Of a stretch of 64,000 nucleotides of DNA, positions 60,944 to 64,000 are shown piece after piece. The translations under genes and the position numbers were made by a program. The stretch comes from Gammaproteobacteria bacterium (GTDB lineage: Bacteria; Pseudomonadota; Gammaproteobacteria; UBA4575): positions 378,577 to 442,576 of the forward strand of contig OZ244982.1 of NCBI GenBank assembly GCA_965223115.1, given 5' to 3'. Each line of letters starts with the position of its first letter. Position 1 is the stretch's first letter. The notes under the pieces were generated by a model, which made no database searches, was not told the origin of the DNA, and was given only the letters and a program-made list of their open reading frames with translations.

Positions 60944-62030
60944 AGGCTTGCAGGATAGCATCGACTACACTATGGATTTGTTGCTCAGTCATTTCAGGAA
61001 ACATAGGAAGCGAAATGCATTTGGAGCAAATCTCAGTGGTGTTATTTAATTCTAATTTGCGTGAAATATTGCGAAATGCAGCTTGTTCAGATAATGGCAT
61101 TGAATAAAAAAAGGCATGCCCAATATTTTTTTCTTGCAATTGCTGGCTAATGCCATCACGTCTATCGCTAAGTATCGTATATTGATGAAAAACATGTGAC
61201 GTATCATTTGTGTGTGTAGGTGTTTGGATGGGAAGTGTTTCTAATAAATTTGAGTATTGATCAGCTACAGTAATTCTTTGCTGGTTGAGTTTATCAATAT
61301 ATTTTAATTTAATTCTTAATATAGCGGCCTGAATCTCATCAAGTCGGCTATTCCACCCTACAATGTCATGCTGATTTCTGACTTTGCTGCCATGACTTTT
61401 TAGTAATAAAAATCTTTCGGCTAATTCATCTGAGTTTGTGGTAAATAAGCCTCCATCTCCATAGGCACCAAGATTTTTACTGGGGAAGAAACTAAAACAA
61501 CCAGCATCTCCAAATGCTCCGGTTTGTTTGTTATCTGCAACTGCTCCAAAGGACTGCGCACAGTCTTCAATAATTAATAGGTTTTCTTGCTTAGCCAGGT
61601 CGCGTATTGGTTCCATGTCGGCAACTTGGCCAAATATATGTACGGGGAGAATGGCACGTGTTTTGTCGGTAATAGCTTTTTTTATGTTATCAGCAGTAAT
61701 GTTGAACGTAATGGGGTCAATATCAACAAATACAGGTAAGGCACCAACGTAACAAATAGCTTCAGCGGTGGCAGCAAAACTAAAAGGAGTCGTGATTACC
61801 TCGTCACCATTGCCAATACCACAGGCGCGTAGCGCTAAATGCAATGCATCTGTACCCGAGTTGCACGAAATAGCATGCTTAACTCCTAAATAGCTTGCAG
61901 CTTCCGACTCAAATTGTTGTACATTTGGTCCATTTATAAACTGAGTGTTTTTTAATACTGTAGAGACGGCGCTATCGATTTCATTACGCAATATTTCATA
62001 CTGCAGTTTTAAATCTAGCATTGGAATCAT
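60933..62030 (-). CDS. DegT/DnrJ/EryC1-family PLP aminotransferase (GnnB-like UDP-3-keto-GlcNAc transaminase candidate)
   Basis: NGP.V..FE.....YLG.KHAISCNSGTDALHLAL...GIG.GDEVITTPFSF.AT...I and FFPSKNLGA.GDGG (PLP lysine). It sits inside the lpx cluster next to a Gfo/Idh/MocA gene. Confidence 0.75.
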   Translation of the reverse strand: MIPMLDLKLQYEILRNEIDSAVSTVLKNTQFINGPNVQQFESEAASYLGVKHAISCNSGTDALHLALRACGIGNGDEVITTPFSFAATAEAICYVGALPVFVDIDPITFNITADNIKKAITDKTRAILPVHIFGQVADMEPIRDLAKQENLLIIEDCAQSFGAVADNKQTGAFGDAGCFSFFPSKNLGAYGDGGLFTTNSDELAERFLLLKSHGSKVRNQHDIVGWNSRLDEIQAAILRIKLKYIDKLNQQRITVADQYSNLLETLPIQTPTHTNDTSHVFHQYTILSDRRDGISQQLQEKNIGHAFFYSMPLSEQAAFRNISRKLELNNTTEICSKCISLPMFPEMTEQQIHSVVDAILQAYAK

Positions 62031-62060
62031 TTATAAAAAAACCTAGAGTTGAGTAAAAGA

Positions 62061-62993
62061 CTACGAGAGTATATCGCTTATTTGTATGGCAGTTTGAAGA
62101 GCACGTTTCCCATCTTCTCCACTGACTTTAGGTGCAGAGTTGTTGGCTATGCAAGCGAGAAAATGCTCAATTTCTGTAAGTAAAGCATCTGATTTATCAA
62201 ATTTTGAACTATTAATATCTATATTCGGGATGCCGGGATACATTTCTCCATCACCTTTTCGATATACGGATAACTCTCTATTTTGAAAGTCGACAGAGAG
62301 ATAGGCATCATTTTGAAAAATCCTCATTTTACGATCCGTTTTATTACTTGCACGACTAGCAGTAACGTTTGCCACACAGCCATTTTTAAAGACAATACGT
62401 GCATTGGCGATATCAATGCCTTGAGATAAAACAGGTGTGCCACTAGCGTCGATTTTTTCAACTTCTGAATTAACGATATCAAGAATAATGTCTATATCAT
62501 GAATCATCAAATCCAAAACCACGTTAACGTCAGTGCCACGTGGGTTGTAAGGCGCTAAACGGGTTGATTCAATAAACTTTACTTCACTTAACTCATGCTC
62601 AAGTGCAATTATGGCAGGATTAAATCTTTCTAAATGACCAACCTGTAAAATAAGCTTATTTTGGTTGGCCAGCCCAATTAGTTCGTCAGCTTGTTCGAGT
62701 GTTGTAGTAATGGGCTTCTCTACTAAAACATGTGAGCCATGCCTGAGAAAATCTTTGGTAACTTCAAAGTGTAATTCGGTTGGTACTACTATACTTACTG
62801 CATCCACTTTACCAAGTAATTCGTGGTAATCTGTGATTGCTTTGCATTCAGCATCATTAGCAACTTTCGACGCTTTTTCAATATCATTATCAACAACAGC
62901 AAGTAACTCGCTGTTTTCCAGTTGAGAATATTTTTGTGCATGAAATTTGCCTAAATAACCAACACCTATGACTGCAGTTCGTATCTCTGACAC
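62061..62993 (-). CDS. Gfo/Idh/MocA-family NAD-dependent oxidoreductase (GnnA-like UDP-GlcNAc 3-dehydrogenase candidate)
   Basis: N-terminal Rossmann AVIGVGYLGKFHA and EKP motif (VLVEKPI). It is operonic with the DegT aminotransferase and lpxB. Confidence 0.75.
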   Translation of the reverse strand: MSEIRTAVIGVGYLGKFHAQKYSQLENSELLAVVDNDIEKASKVANDAECKAITDYHELLGKVDAVSIVVPTELHFEVTKDFLRHGSHVLVEKPITTTLEQADELIGLANQNKLILQVGHLERFNPAIIALEHELSEVKFIESTRLAPYNPRGTDVNVVLDLMIHDIDIILDIVNSEVEKIDASGTPVLSQGIDIANARIVFKNGCVANVTASRASNKTDRKMRIFQNDAYLSVDFQNRELSVYRKGDGEMYPGIPNIDINSSKFDKSDALLTEIEHFLACIANNSAPKVSGEDGKRALQTAIQISDILS

Positions 62994-63111
62994 TATATTT
63001 CCGGTATCCTTTAAAACCAGCGCGCAGTATACGAAGTTTGTGTTCTAACACCTAACCTTGGCTGAATCATGCCGGTTAATTTTTAATCACATAGGGTGCA
63101 TACAAGTAGAT

Positions 63112-63705
63112 ATGCAAAATTATGAAATAGTTGCAGGTATAGATGAAGCCGGCCGTGGGCCATTAGCAGGCCCTGTGGTAGCAGCTGCAGTTGTTCTGCA
63201 TTCAGATAGGCCTATTGCTGGGCTAACAGACTCAAAAAAGATTTCACCTCAAAAACGCCTTCGATTATTCGCAGAAATAAAGAGTAAAGCACAAGCTTGG
63301 GGAGTGGGCGAGGCTAGTGCAGCCGAAATCGATGAAATGAATATTCACAACGCAACATTAAAGGCAATGTTACGTGCCTATCTGGATATGCAATTGGAGG
63401 CGAGTCATGTTCTTGTCGATGGTTTGTATTGCCCAGATTTGAGTGCAAAGTGTACGGCTATTGTGAAAGGTGATCAGACTGTGCCTGCTATAAGTGCGGC
63501 ATCAATAATTGCAAAAGTTACACGTGATATACAGATGCTAGAGTACCATGATCAAATGCCAGAATATGGATTCGATCGTCATAAAGGCTATCCAACATCA
63601 CAACATATTCAGGCACTAAAGGAATATGGCCCCTGCAATTTGCATCGCCGCAGCTATAAGCCTGTTCGAGATGCAATTAATATACATAAATCACAACTGG
63701 CATAA
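63112..63705 (+). CDS. rnhB: Ribonuclease HII
   Basis: VAGIDEAGRGPLAGPVVAAAV, DSKK, AASI.AKV.RD, G..HKGY.T. The start is set at ATG 63112 by homology. Confidence 0.93.
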   Translation: MQNYEIVAGIDEAGRGPLAGPVVAAAVVLHSDRPIAGLTDSKKISPQKRLRLFAEIKSKAQAWGVGEASAAEIDEMNIHNATLKAMLRAYLDMQLEASHVLVDGLYCPDLSAKCTAIVKGDQTVPAISAASIIAKVTRDIQMLEYHDQMPEYGFDRHKGYPTSQHIQALKEYGPCNLHRRSYKPVRDAINIHKSQLA

Positions 63706-63726
63706 TTTTAGTAAAATATTTTAATA

Positions 63727-64000
63727 ATGAACCAGTTCATACACTTACATATACATACAGAGTATTCACTTGTGGACAGTATTGTGCGTGTTCCCGAGCT
63801 GATGAAGTCTGTAAGTGAATTGGGTATGTCAGCCATTGCGCTAACTGATGTTAATAATTTATTTGCCTTAGTAAAATTTTATCAGGCAGCTGTGAAACAT
63901 GGTATTAAACCTATTATTGGTTTGGATGCACAGATTACAGGTTTATCAACTAAAGAACCTGTTTCTCGTGTCGTCATTCTATGCAAAAACGAGCGAGGTT
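63727..64000 (+). CDS. dnaE: DNA polymerase III alpha subunit, 5' end (continues beyond the window)
   Basis: MNQFIHLHIHTEYSLVDSIVRVPELMK....LGM.AIALTD.NNLF.LVKFY.A....GIKPIIG matches the DnaE PHP-domain N-terminus. The frame is open to the window end, and context is rnhB-dnaE. Confidence 0.9.
   Translation, partial: MNQFIHLHIHTEYSLVDSIVRVPELMKSVSELGMSAIALTDVNNLFALVKFYQAAVKHGIKPIIGLDAQITGLSTKEPVSRVVILCKNERG

Overview
This is an AT-rich gammaproteobacterial chromosomal window made mostly of conserved housekeeping blocks. These are ihfB-lapAB-pyrF; an LPS block (galU, hldD, GT9 heptosyltransferase, GT39/LAB_N/GT2 trio); uvrB; thrS-infC-rpmI-rplT-pheST-ihfA-MerR-tRNA-Pro; lepB-DUF4845-rnc-era-recO-pdxJ-acpS-cysM; dapE-yffB-dapD-dapC-glnD-map; and rpsB-tsf-pyrH-frr-uppS-cdsA-dxr-rseP-bamA-skp-lpxD-fabZ-lpxA ... 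rnhB-dnaE. Product calls rest on my own reading of the translated ORFs (catalytic motifs and remembered E. coli orthologues) and on synteny; no database search was run. Several small accessory insertions interrupt this backbone. (1) 9.2-14.0 kb holds a tRNA-Asn-linked segment with a 902-aa secreted CBM/Ig-like/beta-helix protein and a phage remnant (Bro-N). (2) 17.4-20.2 kb, between uvrB and thrS, is the best candidate for something new. It carries a wHTH-nucleotidyltransferase plus HEPN-like pair behind a perfect 18-bp palindrome, then an intact tRNA-Val(GAC), a decayed tRNA-Val copy and a displaced tRNA-Val 3' half that bracket a single orphan gene. That gene has an N-terminus resembling a TIR-like (Cap12-type) or deoxyribosyltransferase-like fold fused to a wHTH-like C-terminus, so it may be a one-gene defence or NADase-type module. 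(3) Three 101-bp tandem repeats are seeded on the 3' end of tRNA-Pro. (4) 36.8-39.6 kb is a translationally coupled flavin-reductase-like / M20 peptidase / DUF1611-like P-loop cassette behind a 14-bp-arm palindrome. Other oddities are an rpsB gene with a C-terminal extension of about 170 aa resembling DUF4332 (helix-hairpin-helix), infC with a non-AUG (AUC) start, and an inverted lpxB segment carrying GnnA/GnnB-like genes, which implies GlcN3N-type lipid A. No CRISPR array, rRNA, transposase or integrase was seen.
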